Below, one piece after another: positions 52,388-64,000 of a stretch of 64,000 bases of DNA. Each line of letters begins with the position of its first letter. The first letter of the stretch is position 1. This stretch comes from Myripristis murdjan (Eukaryota): contig NC_043996.1 in the NCBI RefSeq assembly GCF_902150065.1, positions 24,860,745-24,924,744 on the forward strand, given 5' to 3'. A model generated the notes under the pieces. It was not told the DNA's origin and did not search any database. It saw nothing but the letters and a program-made list of their open reading frames with translations. A program made the position numbers and the translations under genes.

Positions 52388-52907
52388 ATGGGGACAAGAG
52401 CAAGTCGCCTACAAGAAGACCCAGTTCCCTCAGCTTTCGGAAAAGATGGCACAAAGCGAGAGTCGTACCGGCGACCCCGCTGTGCCAGGCCCACCAGTCT
52501 CATGGTAGACTTCTCGGGGAGTTTTGAGGACACAGAGGCCAACCGGAGCCGATCGGAGGAGGGCAGCGACTCGGACATCGGGCAACAAGCGAGCGCCGAC
52601 GGAAGCCCCGCCGACCACCACAGCCTCCCCTCCAGCATCAGCCAAGCATCGCCAGCGGACGACAACGGCGAAGACAAACCGGAGGAAGATGGGAATATAA
52701 GCCCCGAGGCTCCTGTCAATGCGGAACATCAACCCGGAGAAGAGACAGGCCGCATACCCCACCGCACTTTTTCTGAGCGCCTGCCCGGGAATCGGCACTC
52801 TTCCGGGCGTAATGTCAGCGCAAGATCCGCCCGGGTCCGAGGCACACACCAGCGGCCGGTGTCAGAGGCTTGGATCGGCCTCTACCGCGTCAACAACCGT
52901 CATGGCA
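52388..52907 (+). CDS. ZNRF-family E3 ubiquitin ligase, coding exon 1 (MGTRASRLQEDP..; N-myristoylation-type MGxxxS start)
   Basis: ORF 52388..52921(+). Donor A|gtaagt at 52908. Ser/Asp/Pro-rich low-complexity N-terminus, as in ZNRF1/ZNRF2. Confidence 0.8.
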
Positions 52908-54008
52908 GTAAGTCAAAATAATTTTACATAGCAAAAGTGAGATTTATGCTTTCATTTTTTTTTTTTTTTTTAATTTGTGCGCATAAAATGCATGCAGCTT
53001 TTATGTTTTGTGAAGGAGTTCAGTGTATATGGACATATGTCTGTGACAGGCTCAATGTCAGATAAAACTCAAAACAGGCCTAATTAGATTTAAAGTTACA
53101 CGGAATTCCACAACGAGACCCTCAATCTTCCCATTGCGAAATTAAAATGGATTATTCGGGGAATTTACATTCCTGAACAGATAATCTCCTCTCTCGTGCT
53201 TATAAGATGACTAAAATCTTCTGAGACCCCATTGTACGGAGTAGACCTATGGCATAAACCAGGAGGTGGTGACATACAAGCTTTATTATGTTTCAAGGCC
53301 TACAGATAGTGCGGATAGTTGAATAATGAGGCGTGTAATTTTAAAAACATGACACGATGCAGCCAGTCTGTTGTTTCAGAAATGCACAGAAAAGGGAAGG
53401 TGAGTTTTAAGAGGAAATAAAAACACATGATCACTCCACATTGCCTAACCAAAGGCACCCGACTCTGGGGGTGTTGTGGTGGCAAACAGGACATCTCAAG
53501 CCAAAACACAACAAAGGGCTGAGTTTCCCAGGGCAGCCCTCTAGCAAGTGTAGGGAAATAGGTCGAAGGCTTCACGTGCCCACTCACTGCTGGCAGAGGC
53601 TCATAAATAGAGGAGGAGAATGTAGGGCAACCAGGCACTGTTTCTCCCCTCCTGTCCCATCTACAGATAGCCATGGCCCTGGCTATCCCTGCGACCCCAG
53701 TCAGTGTTTTGTATGGTGGATGGATGCAGTCAAATACTGCTGCCGGCAGGAAAAAGTAATTTTAGGTCAACTGCAACCTAAGGTAACCATCACCCTATCA
53801 ATCCTGCAAATCTTTAGCACTGACAATACAATCCTTGTGTTGGATGATTGTATTTCAGTCCTCTCTTTTGTTGGGCGAGTCAAGTTAGTGTAAGATAGAT
53901 GTCCTAACACAGGGTTTGTGCTCAGTGTAATGCGCATCATCTATCATTTATGTCCCACTCTGACTTGACATGTTAATCTCAGCTCTATTGTCTCCCTCCT
54001 CTGTGCAG

Positions 54009-54104
54009 ATATTCGCTGTCCTTTCTGCTCAAAGCCTTTCCCCGGAGGTCGGATTGAGGATCACCTGTTGAGCTGCCTCACGTCTCCTCCTCTACCATAC
54101 AATA
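54009..54104 (+). CDS. ZNRF-family exon 2 (NIRCPFCSKPFPGGRIEDHLLSCLTSPPLPYN; UBZ-like zinc finger)
   Basis: Acceptor ctctgtgcag| and donor |gtaagtg. Matches ZNRF1 FKCPICSKSVASDEMEMHFIMCLSKPRLSYN. Confidence 0.8.
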
Positions 54105-54305
54105 GTAAGTGTCAAATCTCAAAAAACCTTCACGAACATTTTGGAAACGCTGAACATGCTCATGGTTGGCAGCTCCTTTTACATAAACGGAGAAAAACCT
54201 AGTCAGAAATCTCTTGAATTGTCCCCGCCTTTGTGTTTATGGTCACACTGCTATTTCAAGCTGTGCTCATGTGCATGTGTTTATTTTATTTTGCTTTATT
54301 TACAG

Positions 54306-54411
54306 CGGATGTGCTCAGTAAAGATAGCGGCGAGTGCTCTATCTGTTTGGAGGATCTGGTGCAGGGAGAGACCATCGCCAGGCTGGCTTGCCTCTGTGTC
54401 TACCATAAGAG
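54306..54411 (+). CDS. ZNRF-family exon 3 (TDVLSKDSGECSICLEDLVQGETIARLACLCVYHK; RING-H2 start)
   Basis: ORF 54233..54415(+). Acceptor ctttatttacag| and donor |gtaaac. Matches ZNRF2 DVLSKDAGECAICLEELQQGDTIARLPCLCIYHK. Confidence 0.85.
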
Positions 54412-54785
54412 GTAAACCTGTTTTGTTCATTTACAGTACATGGACAGAAATAAAGAAGTGAAATGACAGGGGGAGGGGGTACAAATTTGTCAAGGTGATA
54501 TATAAACAGTTTCCTTACAGATCTGGAGCTGTGCAGTACTTTTCAGTTCTGGAAAAGTGTGGTAATTTGCACATGAAGAGAAGGCTCTGGCTTTAGTTCC
54601 TGTTAAGAGACTTCGAACATTAAGTGCATCCGAGGAGAACAGGTTGTGGGTGCATCCTACACCAAAACAATAAAGGTTTCCTGTCAGATTTGAAATTGGG
54701 CGACTGCCAGATGTAAAACCACAAGTTCAGCTTGATTGAACTTTGACACGTCAAGTTGAGAAGCGAAATTAATTTCCTGCTGTAA

Positions 54786-54821
54786 ACGAGCTTTTTAAAA
54801 AAAAAAAAAAAAAAAAAAAAC
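54786..54821. repeat. poly(A) tract (about 34 nt) in znrf intron 3
   Basis: Homopolymer run. Confidence 0.9.
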
Positions 54822-55614
54822 TCACAGGATTTTGAATGTGTGTGTATAGGATGCGAAAATATTTTTAGAGCTGGCGTGACTGACTAATTTCTGACTTTTT
54901 TTCTGATGAGATAGTGGAGCTCCCTAGTGGCATTATTAAATATTGTGAGGGATGGTGCGGCATTAACTAAAGGAGCCTCCTAGCGGTGACGTTCAACATT
55001 ATTAGGGAAGGGAAGGTACGGCCTTTTGGACAGCCACTGCTACGCTATTTCAGTATAAAACATTTTGAACAAATGCCAACATTTTCCAGTAACCCCCCGC
55101 CCCTTCAAAAAAAAAAAAAAAATCAAGATGACGAGCAAAGACAGTTTATAGTCAAACAGTAAACCAGGGGGAAAACAACAAATGCAGAAAGGGCACGGCC
55201 AATAAGGGCTGCAGCAATGAATCATTCTCATTCTACCGATTACTTTTGTGATTAATCTATGAATCATTTTGTGTATCAGATGTCAAAATAAATATCACAA
55301 GGTCACAAAACTCACATTAAGTTTTAAAATTGATTCCTTAGTCCGATCAGTAGCCAGTAAAAAACCCAAATTTTCCATTTTATAATGAAATTAACAAGGA
55401 AAGCAAACAAAACCTACTATTTCTGAAGGTGTACCTAACAAATGTTTGGTGCTGTCACTTGATCAGTGACTAAACAGTTAATTATGATCAGATGAGCAAA
55501 TTCATGATCAAATCAAAATAAAAATCGAATTAAATTAAAATACAAATCAGACTAATGATGCAGATAAACACATACATAAATGCATATGTATACAGTGGGT
55601 ATGTATATGTATAC

Positions 55615-55631
55615 GTGTGTGTGTGTGTGTG

Positions 55632-55679
<48 letters not shown>
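55615..55679. repeat. (GT)n(TA)n compound microsatellite in znrf intron 3
   Basis: cgtgtgtgtgtgtgtgtgtatgtat followed by about 25 perfect AT/TA units. Confidence 0.95.
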
Positions 55680-55683
<4 letters not shown>

Positions 55684-56030
55684 ATTTTTTTTCATCTATC
55701 AAGAACTAATGAATGAATTGACTGCTGCAGCACTACAAGTACATGATATAAAATAGATGTTCCACTGTCACTCTTGATGTTATGACATTGGTCTCATCAC
55801 GTGTAAGGAGCCAGAAAGGCCTCAGCCTCATTTACAGCCTCTCACTCTGATCACATTTAATTGTGTTTCACGCTGAATGAGTGAATTAAGCCTTGTGTGA
55901 GACACCACAGTAACAGCCACACTTCCTTTGAGTGTTAGTGCAGACAATGGGCACATTCACATGAGTTAATCAAAACCTAATGTTGTCTCTGTATCATCAC
56001 CCACCCAACACTTTTTTTTTCTCTTCCCAG

Positions 56031-56088
56031 TTGTATTGATTCCTGGTCCAAGGTGAAGCCCTGCTGTCCTGAACATCCCTTCGATTGA
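56031..56088 (+). CDS. ZNRF-family exon 4 (SCIDSWSKVKPCCPEHPFD*; RING end and stop)
   Basis: Acceptor ctcttcccag| and stop TGA at 56086..56088. Matches ZNRF1 SCIDSWFEVNRSCPEHPAD*. Confidence 0.85.
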
Positions 56089-58846
56089 CTTAAGGGGTCA
56101 CATGTATTCCATACAGTGACCAACCTGACTCAGGTTTGTATGTGTGTCTGTGTATGTGTGTGTGTCTGTGTTCTATTAAATTGACTGAATGAAAAGGACA
56201 CTCCATTAGCTTTAAAGAACCATACCTGTGATTATGAATGTTTACTACAATTAACTGCTATTTTACATCGCAACTAACCATCTTAAAGATTTTACAACAT
56301 ATAATCAAAATCCCTCAATTGTGAAATTTTAATTTTTAGTGGAAGTACCCACCTCATAATGTTCTGCTTCTGTAGCTAACAAAGTCATCACCATTTCTAA
56401 ATTGGGGGACCAATAATTTGTTGTGTAAGGCAAATATTTCCCCAGGGACTATTTTTCGGATTCTCTCCGCCCAATTTCAGGTCATCAAAACACACCGGTG
56501 CTGCTGCTTTTAGGAAAACGAATGTGGATGACTTTATTTCTGTGATGGATTAGCGGTGTGAAGAAAGTTTGAAATCTCGGAAAGTTCATTTTTATGTCAT
56601 AGTGGAATGAATGGAAACCAATGACTGAATAAAAGGGAGGAAAATTATATCAGAGTTATAAAATATGACTGCTTGCTTTGGGAAAACATTAGCAGAAACA
56701 TGAAGTATATACATTTTGTACATGCAAAGTCACTGATGTCGTCCTTAAACATGATGATCAGCGCTAAATCTGAATAGCAGTATGTGTTGATGATAAAGTC
56801 TGCCTAGATATGACTTTCTCCTCTGCACTGCAGTCACAAACATTCAGATCGCACATATCTGTATCTAATCAGTGCCAGTACAGCACTGACACAGTGTAAG
56901 AACTCAGATGTGCTCAGGGACCGTACAAGGCGTACAGGAGATTATACACATCAGTGCTTATATCTCAGTGTAGATTATACTTCATATCTGATGAAGAGCT
57001 AAGGCTCGAAACGTCACATCACATTTGGTAGCAATAAATCCACTTTGGCTTTGACTTGTGCAGACTTTCTCTTTTCTCTAGTTAGTATGATTGTTAATTT
57101 GTCTAATTGTCATTTTCTCCTTTTTGAACCCCTTACAGGAGACTACACTGAATCCCAATACTGCAGAAAAAAAATGTATATTTGATTGAACAAACAAAAT
57201 CCCACTTCCAGACGTGAGCCTGTATTTGAGAGGAGGAGAGGCGGTCCTAAGAAGAAGATCCGGTTGGTAACACCTGACCCTCTCCGTCTGGATCAGTCCA
57301 TTTGAACTCGGTCTAGACCATTTCAAGCCAAACTCCCAACAATACAAACAGCTGCTCCATTAATTTGTGGTCCAGACTATTGTTGGAACAGAAGGAGGGG
57401 GTTCCTCTGTCTCCTTTATGGACTTGGCTTGAAACCGCTGGACGTTAAGAAACATGTCAAATAAATCCTATCATCCCAGAACGATGCAACATCCCCTAGA
57501 AATATCTTTTGAACTTGGGGAGGAACGCAAAAAAAAATTGTCTTAGCTGTGACTCTGCATCCTCCCCTGTGTATTTTTTCCCCACAAATGGGATCAGTCA
57601 TTTTATCTACCGTTTTGCAAAAAAAAAAAGAAAAGAAAAGCAAGTATTGTTCCATGTTATACATTGGATGAATGTTTCTTTCCTCGGCTAACCCCAATGA
57701 ACCAACCTCATGCTGAAAGAGTGAACTGTTACCACGTAAATATCGTATTGCTTTACTTTGAAATAGCTGGAGGTTGAGGGCTTGTTTTTTTGTGAACGGG
57801 GGGCTGCTGTTACTAGGTGTTTTCTGTTATTACCTGTACACATTTCAGTGGAAGTTTGGGGGGGGGCGAGTTGATTGATTGTTTTACTGAGTAGGTCAGT
57901 TTTTGCAGATGGTTAGTTAGCGCTGAACTTAATGTGCTGCTACTTGGTGGTGGTTTAGGAAGGCTGTAGGTATTTCATAGGGCCATAGTAGCGCTGGTGT
58001 CGGTACCAATTTGAGCACTTTTGTCCCTCAAGGCTGATTTTTCTAAAATAAGGTCTCAGATAAGGTTGTGTGAGTGTGCGTGTGTGGGTGTTCATATGAC
58101 GACTAGGGACAGGAAGTGTCCCGATGATGACTTATGTATTCAAGAATGCGTGCGTGTGTGTGTGTGTGTGTTTACAGTACATTGCCCGGAGGTCTGCTGG
58201 TCAAGAGGGTTCCCTTTTTAATTTTTTAATGCTAGTTTTTAAACGACAGTCACAGTGGCAACATATTTCGGCACATGTGGCAGTGCTGCGCGACATGGCG
58301 GCTCATTGGTTCCATTCAACTTTGTTAAAAGAATGCGGTTTGGGCCTCGTCCCACTCCCTCCTCACTCACACACTCTCTCTGGGGAGTAGTCCGGATTTT
58401 TGGACCAGACCCCGAGCGGTAGTTTGGCCATCTGGTTACATTAATGCCGGATCGGGGAGGGATGGAGGGGCGGGATGGATTGAGGGATGTATTTTTGGGG
58501 CATGTTTACGCCATGTGGCAGCTGCCACTCTCCCCAACACTGGAGGCTATGGACAGCTGATGGCTAATTATTGTATTATCTCCTCCCCTCCTCCCTTTTT
58601 TAAGATTTATAGACATGTATCATCACCATTGTGATTTTGATTATCGCTAAACGTGTTAAATGGCTTCTCTTGCCTTTTTTTTGTGTGTTGATTGCCTTTG
58701 CCTGGTGAAGGGGTTCATGTGCAAGCGAGTATTTGTAGTGTTTTTAGGGGTGAGATGAGATGCTAGCCTTGCAGTAAGGCTGCTGAGACGCAGAGCCTGT
58801 CTGATTTAGGTTGTGGACAGACCAGCCGCACAGATAGGGGTTAAAC

Positions 58847-58879
<33 letters not shown>

Positions 58880-59800
58880 TCATGAATTCATTGCTTTTGC
58901 TGCCTGCTCTAAGGCCATGTCTGTTCCACATGACAAATATCTATCCTACCATGGTGTGGATCCGTATAAAGGTCAGCTCTGTGCAAAGGTCTCCCATTGG
59001 CTAGTCCCCCCCACCCCCACCCCCAAGCTTTTTTTTTTCTTTCTGTTTTTTTTTTTTTTTTAATCCCACGTGTTCTGCAGTCTGAGGTGCTATGACTTGT
59101 CCTGCCACTAGAGGGCAGCCCTGTGCATGTTTCCCTTTTTATGTATTGAGAAAACAAGAACAATGCCAAAAGACAGTCTGTACTTTGGGAGCTGTGTGTT
59201 GAGAGTGCAGAAGATGAGCAGATACATTGATCATTAGATGTTACATTTGTTGTGATAATGAGTAATGACCTTGTATACTTGGAGTGGGAGGGGTGGGGAG
59301 CACGGGGTGGGAGGGTCGTTGGGTTGTCAGTAAAGATAATGGACAATCTGAGGTCCCGAGTGTCAAGTCATTTTCTTTCTCCCCCCCTGTGAGCTGTGTG
59401 GTGCAATACCTCAATTTCTACCAATGCTAACTAAACACTCTGTGTAAACTAGCTCCTCTCCAACCAAGGATGACATTTTGTATGATGCTCCTCCATCCTC
59501 GGTTTCGAATCGCAGAGTGTTTGATCCCTCGTCTGCCCGGTGCCGATCCATTAGATGAGAGTAACACGAATGTTTTTAAAAAGAGTCACCACAGCGGTAT
59601 CTGCATCCCCAAGATATGGACAATCTGCCTTTACTCTGGTATAGAAACAAATTGAGTTTTATTTATTAAATTGTAAATATGTAATGCAATTCAAAAAATG
59701 GCTTGGTCTTTGTCTGTTCAATATACTGTTTCTAAGCTCCGATCTTTTGTATGTCTCAGAAGTTGTTTTTATATGTATTTTTTACAATAAATATATTATG
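56089..59800 (+). other. Probable long 3' UTR of the znrf-family gene
   Basis: No further coding exons. AATAAA near 59786, plus a proximal ATTAAA near 56175. ZNRF genes are known to have long UTRs. The extent is inferred, not shown. Confidence 0.3.
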
Positions 59801-61324
59801 TGTGACAGCTGTCTTTGTGGATGTTGTGTTTTGACTGTTCATGATGTATTTGCAGCCATCAGGGTATAGAAGTGAGTCCGTGCACACATTGTAAATACAA
59901 CAATATATGACATACATTATTACTAAATGATTTATGACAGCACAAACAAAACAAACCACACTTTAAATGTATGGGTTATTTGACACCATTTATAGATAAT
60001 GAATTTATAGATAATGAATCTAAAGTAATGTTCTCTCCATAACCCACAATGTTGTGGTTTATTTTACTCTGTTTTGTTTATTTCTTGTATAGAACCCTAA
60101 ATACTTGGACCTTTGACATGTTTCTATGCCAAAGTCTAGCAGGCCGTAAAACATCTTCCCTGAGTCACGTTTTAACATGTTGGTGTACAATTTTGCAAAC
60201 TTCTGTTGTATGTTTCATCCTGTAATGTGCAGTTACAGTAGTTTCCAGCTTCTGTATAGTTTCTATGTGAATTTACTGAAATGCACAGTATTAAGGTCCT
60301 GCGTTCCAAAGCGCTGTACATCAAAAATGCTGTTTTTTTTTTTTTTTTTTTTTTTTTAAGGTAAGCAATCACTTCAGTTACTCAACTTCAGTGACTCAAC
60401 TATCATTTCAGCAGACAGGGAGCCCCCCTCCTCAAGCTGTTCCTTATCTGATTTTACAACACACCTTTCCACCTTGCCCAATTTCCACTCGAGGATCAAT
60501 AAGCTATCTCTGATTTTGATTCTGATGCTGTTTACCTGCTTTGTAACGTCTCCGAGACAGGGGCTCCCCAGCCTTTTCACGTCACATACCCCACACAGAC
60601 ACCGGAGGTCCCAGTCTCTGTCAGATATAAAATTCACTGATAAGTCTTCCATGTCAAAAATGTTGAATTTCTATGATCTACATAAACATAACATCACTTT
60701 TCTTGTCCTTGAGCAAAATCTTAAAACACACTTTAGATTCCAAGGTCTTATCAAAGCTGATTACTCTGTTTTATTCTGTGGAGGTAGTAAATATAACAAA
60801 AATAAATAAATGTTAAGTTTGGTGAATAACAAGTTACATTTTTTTTAAAGTGAGGCTGATATTCCATGATTGTAAAATTTATTAAATTATTCGGCTTTCC
60901 CTGTCTGGAATAGACTTTTCCATGACTTTAATGAAATTTCTAGAAATTTCATGAAGATTTTGGTTGTTCGTTATGATTCTGTCAACACTCGAACTGGATA
61001 ATTACCAAAGTGACCACAGTAAAAGCCATGACAATAACTGTCCCTTCTATACATACTTTACTTCATTTAATTCTTGCAAGTAAATCAAGTAAATCAACAG
61101 TGGATTGTAAGCTCTCCTCACTTGGCTGTGGACCTCCTCGAAATCACCTCAAGGACCCCCGGATGTCCCCACCCCTCACTTTGACAACCAGCAATTTAAC
61201 AGTCAGTGTGAAGCAACTGTGGACTTTTCCGACTTCCCCATTCTGAATACTGTGTGATATGGATTGTTTTTTTTCCCACTACAAACGGTGCGTTAGGAAG
61301 TGAAATCTTACACCGCGCCGTGGC

Positions 61325-61401
61325 ACAATAAATGACAGCCGCCGCTGCAGAGCTGCACGTTTCTCGCTGCTTTCTGGCTCAACTGCACACCAGCAACAAA
61401 G
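61325..61401 (+). other. Putative non-coding first exon of the TMBIM-family gene
   Basis: CpG-containing stretch (caccgcgccgtggcac..gccgccgctgcag) ending in a strong donor caacaaag|gtaagc at 61402. The ATG exon acceptor is ..ttggcccag| at about 63662. Confidence 0.3.
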
Positions 61402-63673
61402 GTAAGCAGGTCACTGGTCCTGTGCTTCTGCTTATAACTTAAACAGCATGATGAACTGAACATTAATTATACCTACAATTTCAAATGGAATATCTCACTG
61501 TTCATTCAGATTTTTACATCTAGGCTAGTTATATGTATTTCATTTATTTTACCTGTATTTCTTACTATTAGGAAAACAGAATACACTGATTAGTTCATAC
61601 AAATTATCCTTATTTAACTTCCAATTTAAGGAAAAGTAATCACTGCAAAAATTAAAGGACCCTTATTAGGGACCGTTTAGGGTTCTGTTTTTATGAGGCC
61701 TTTATTTATTTATTTATTTATTTTTTATTTATTTATTTATTTATTTTTTTGTGGTTTGAGCAATGCTCTAATTAAAATTTGTTATACAGAGGTTAACTCA
61801 TTAAAGATGGCATAAGAACAAGATATTGGATAACACTAAAATAATGTTTGATATGTTGAATCATGTGTGCCCTTCTGACCTCTGCACCTGTTTTTTTTTC
61901 CCAATTGAAAGTGAGAGTATATTTTAATCCAGTGTTAACAAATATTGCAAAGTCAATCTTGAGATTTTTTTGTTAAATTTATTAGAAATTTTTTAGTTTT
62001 ATTCCAAAACTCTACCTATTGTATTTTCTGTAAGCGCCATGACGAAACATCAGTTTTCCCAGAGTGTGTGTTACATTCAAAAAAAAGTGTCAGTTTTACT
62101 TCATTGCTCGTTTACTCCATTTTGATGCAACTTCCAGGAAGCTCAACAGGAAGTTCAGCTGTCATATCACTGTCCACTCTTCGAACTCTATGTACTGATA
62201 AGGCCTGGACTCACATTCGGTACACAAAAAAACATCATGAATACATCTGCAAAAACCTGAGACAGCTCTTACACCGAGACTGGTCAACAACATCAACAAA
62301 CAACAGTGACATAAAACAACAGCAGTGACTTCAATCTGCTGGATTTTCCCTCAAAGTTGCTTCAGAATTTTAGAAAAAAAAAAAAAAAAACATATCATTG
62401 AAGCTGCAAAAACTCAAATGCCGTTGTTTCATGGCTGCACCATTACATCAAATAGAAAGTATCACAAAATCTCGTGCATGATTTCTATTATATTTTGCGT
62501 TTCCCTGTAATTCAGCAGGACATATTTGGATATCTGTGGACACCTCAAGTTAAATTAAAGTGTGGTATGATTATCCACCTCGACCAAAATGTTTCCCATC
62601 CCTATCCCAACCTTTTAATTTGTCCATTGTTGTCAGTTGTAGCTGGTTATTTTTCATTGTTCATTTTGTATTTAAGGTCTTTTGCACAGCATTTTGGTGC
62701 TGTTAACCCGAGCTGTGTTTAAATGTGCTCTATAAATAAACTTGACTTACCCACGTACAGTGTGGTTAACCATTTTAGCCTTAAAAACCATGAACTTTCC
62801 AAGCCATATCTCACATTTTACAAGAAAATCCTTCAACTGAAGAGAAATTCTAATTCAAGATATCTACAATGCTTTCCAGTCGTAACAGGTCTGCGTAATC
62901 CATAAAGAAAGTCCTAATTCTACAGAGCAACATGTCCATATATCTACACTTTAATTTTTACTTGTAAAAGTCCAATTACAGATACTGTCTCTACAATTAG
63001 ATTTTTAGTAGAAACTGTAATTCCAGTTATCATTTGCCATCTTCTGACTTGTTGTTGTTCTGCTTCACATATCAGTCATGTGTATTCTGTCTAGTCAAAC
63101 CTGAACACCAGATCACAACAAGTATATATATTAAAGATGTGAAAGTACACGTTTTGAGTGTTTTTTACAAATAGTCAGAGCTAAATGAGAGATATTTCAA
63201 ATCATTATCCAGTCAACACTGAATTATTGATAATGAAGGCCTGGAATTTTTTCTTGTTAAAATAACAACGCCGATATCTGGCATTTTAACAAGCAAATAT
63301 GCAGCCAAATCCATAATTGGACTTTTATTAGTAAAATTGAATTGTAGATAAGGGACAGTAAAAGTCAATGGTAACATATGACTGGTCAAGATTACATTAT
63401 GGATATGTCACCCTGGAGTTATGACTAGCCTAATTGAAATTGTTGATAATGTAGAAGTTGCATTATGTCACATATATAATTCAAGTGTGGTCTGTGGTCA
63501 TCATATGTGGACTGGTACATTATTTTTTGACATATGAACCGGGACTCTGTTTGAATCCTCCAGGCCTCCAGTATGGAACAAGAGATTTTTTTGTGTGATA
63601 CACGACCATGGGCTCTGAATTTCAGAATAAAAGTCACTGACACATGTTTCTCCTTGGCCCAGACTCCTCCACA

Positions 63674-64000
63674 ATGGCGGATACAGAGAACCCTCCGGCA
63701 TCTGAGGAGAAGGACATCAACCTCGGCTCCAGCCCGTCAGAGAACCCTCCGGCATCTGAGGAGAAGGACATCGACCTTGGCTCCGGCCCGTCCTCACCGA
63801 CGTCACCGCAGCCGGCCGAGGACCAAGAGCCCCCGCCATACTCTGAGGCCCCGGTCATGTACCCTGCAGACAAAACCGGGGTCATCTGCACCCAAATCAG
63901 CACGGGACCTCAGAGCTGCAGCGAAGCCAACCCGGACGTCCCAGAGGACCCGTCTCCTTTTGAGGACAAGATGGTGCGAAGGGCGTTTATCAGAAAGGTT
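63674..64000 (+). CDS. TMBIM/Lifeguard-family protein, N-terminal coding region (MADTENPPASEEKDINLGSSPSENPPASEEKDIDLGSGPS..PPPYSEAP..FEDKMVRRAFIRKV); continues past window end
   Basis: ATG at 63674. Open frame runs to the window end. The ending ..FEDKMVRRAFIRKV matches the conserved TMBIM1/FAIM2/GRINA segment WDDRKVRHTFIRKVY. PPPY motif as in TMBIM1. Confidence 0.7.
   Translation, partial: MADTENPPASEEKDINLGSSPSENPPASEEKDIDLGSGPSSPTSPQPAEDQEPPPYSEAPVMYPADKTGVICTQISTGPQSCSEANPDVPEDPSPFEDKMVRRAFIRKV
63686..63793 (+). repeat. 54-bp in-frame tandem duplication (2 copies) inside the TMBIM N-terminal coding sequence
   Basis: Unit gagaaccctccggcatctgaggagaaggacatc[a/g]acct[c/t]ggctcc[a/g]gcccgtc repeated at 63686 and 63740. 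It encodes ENPPASEEKDI(N/D)LGS(S/G)PS twice. Confidence 0.8.

Noticed and set aside
52366-52849. Minus-strand ORFs of 117 and 139 aa overlapping znrf exon 1
   Set aside because: These are antisense frames kept open by the GC-rich, low-complexity znrf exon 1. The plus-strand frame has the ZNRF-like N-terminus and a donor at 52908.
60370-60810. ORFs 60374..60652(-) and 60474..60809(+) downstream of znrf
   Set aside because: Neither has splice sites nor similarity to anything known. The surrounding sequence is AT-rich, UTR/intergenic-like, with a T22 tract.
1-64000. Prokaryotic-style content (operons, CRISPR arrays, defence islands, Shine-Dalgarno-led ORFs)
   Set aside because: The sequence has short exons with canonical GT..AG introns, CpG promoters, dinucleotide microsatellites and vertebrate orthologs (TEP1, ZNRF, TMBIM). 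No direct-repeat/spacer arrays are present and there is no long uninterrupted gene packing.

Overview
This 64-kb window is vertebrate nuclear DNA, almost certainly teleost fish. It has spliced multi-exon genes, GT/AG introns, CpG-rich 5' ends, frequent (CA)n/(GT)n microsatellites and long A/T tracts. It is not prokaryotic, so no operon, CRISPR or defence-island features were found.

The window holds four confidently placed genes:
- Minus strand, 182..9710 (continuing below coordinate 1): an unnamed gene made of at least 22 phase-0, symmetric micro-exons of 51-78 nt. In the middle, a basic module (GG-M/I-F-K/S-G-I/M-L/F-KK..KP) alternates six times with an acidic serine module (DDLSxxSELSGSxDNLSE..TK). 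Downstream exons carry KLNPF motifs. I cannot match it to any protein family I know. It is the most novel-looking thing in the window.
- Minus strand, 12730..50611: a complete ortholog of telomerase-associated protein 1 (tep1). I resolved 54 exons from ATG to TAA, with phases that chain consistently.
- Plus strand, 52388..56088: a ZNRF-family RING E3 ligase gene in 4 coding exons. It is head-to-head with tep1 across a putative bidirectional CpG promoter of about 1.7 kb.
- Plus strand, 63674 to the window end: the start of a TMBIM/Lifeguard-family gene, with a 54-bp in-frame tandem duplication at its N-terminus.

Other observations:
- Two duplicated candidate coding exons lie nested on the opposite strand in a tep1 intron.
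- Microsatellites recur directly at tep1 splice sites.
- One tep1 exon carries a poly-Glu insertion.

Coordinate accuracy: exon coordinates were derived by hand. Where an ORF-track entry overlapped an exon, I calibrated against it. Unanchored exon ends may be off by 1-2 nt.
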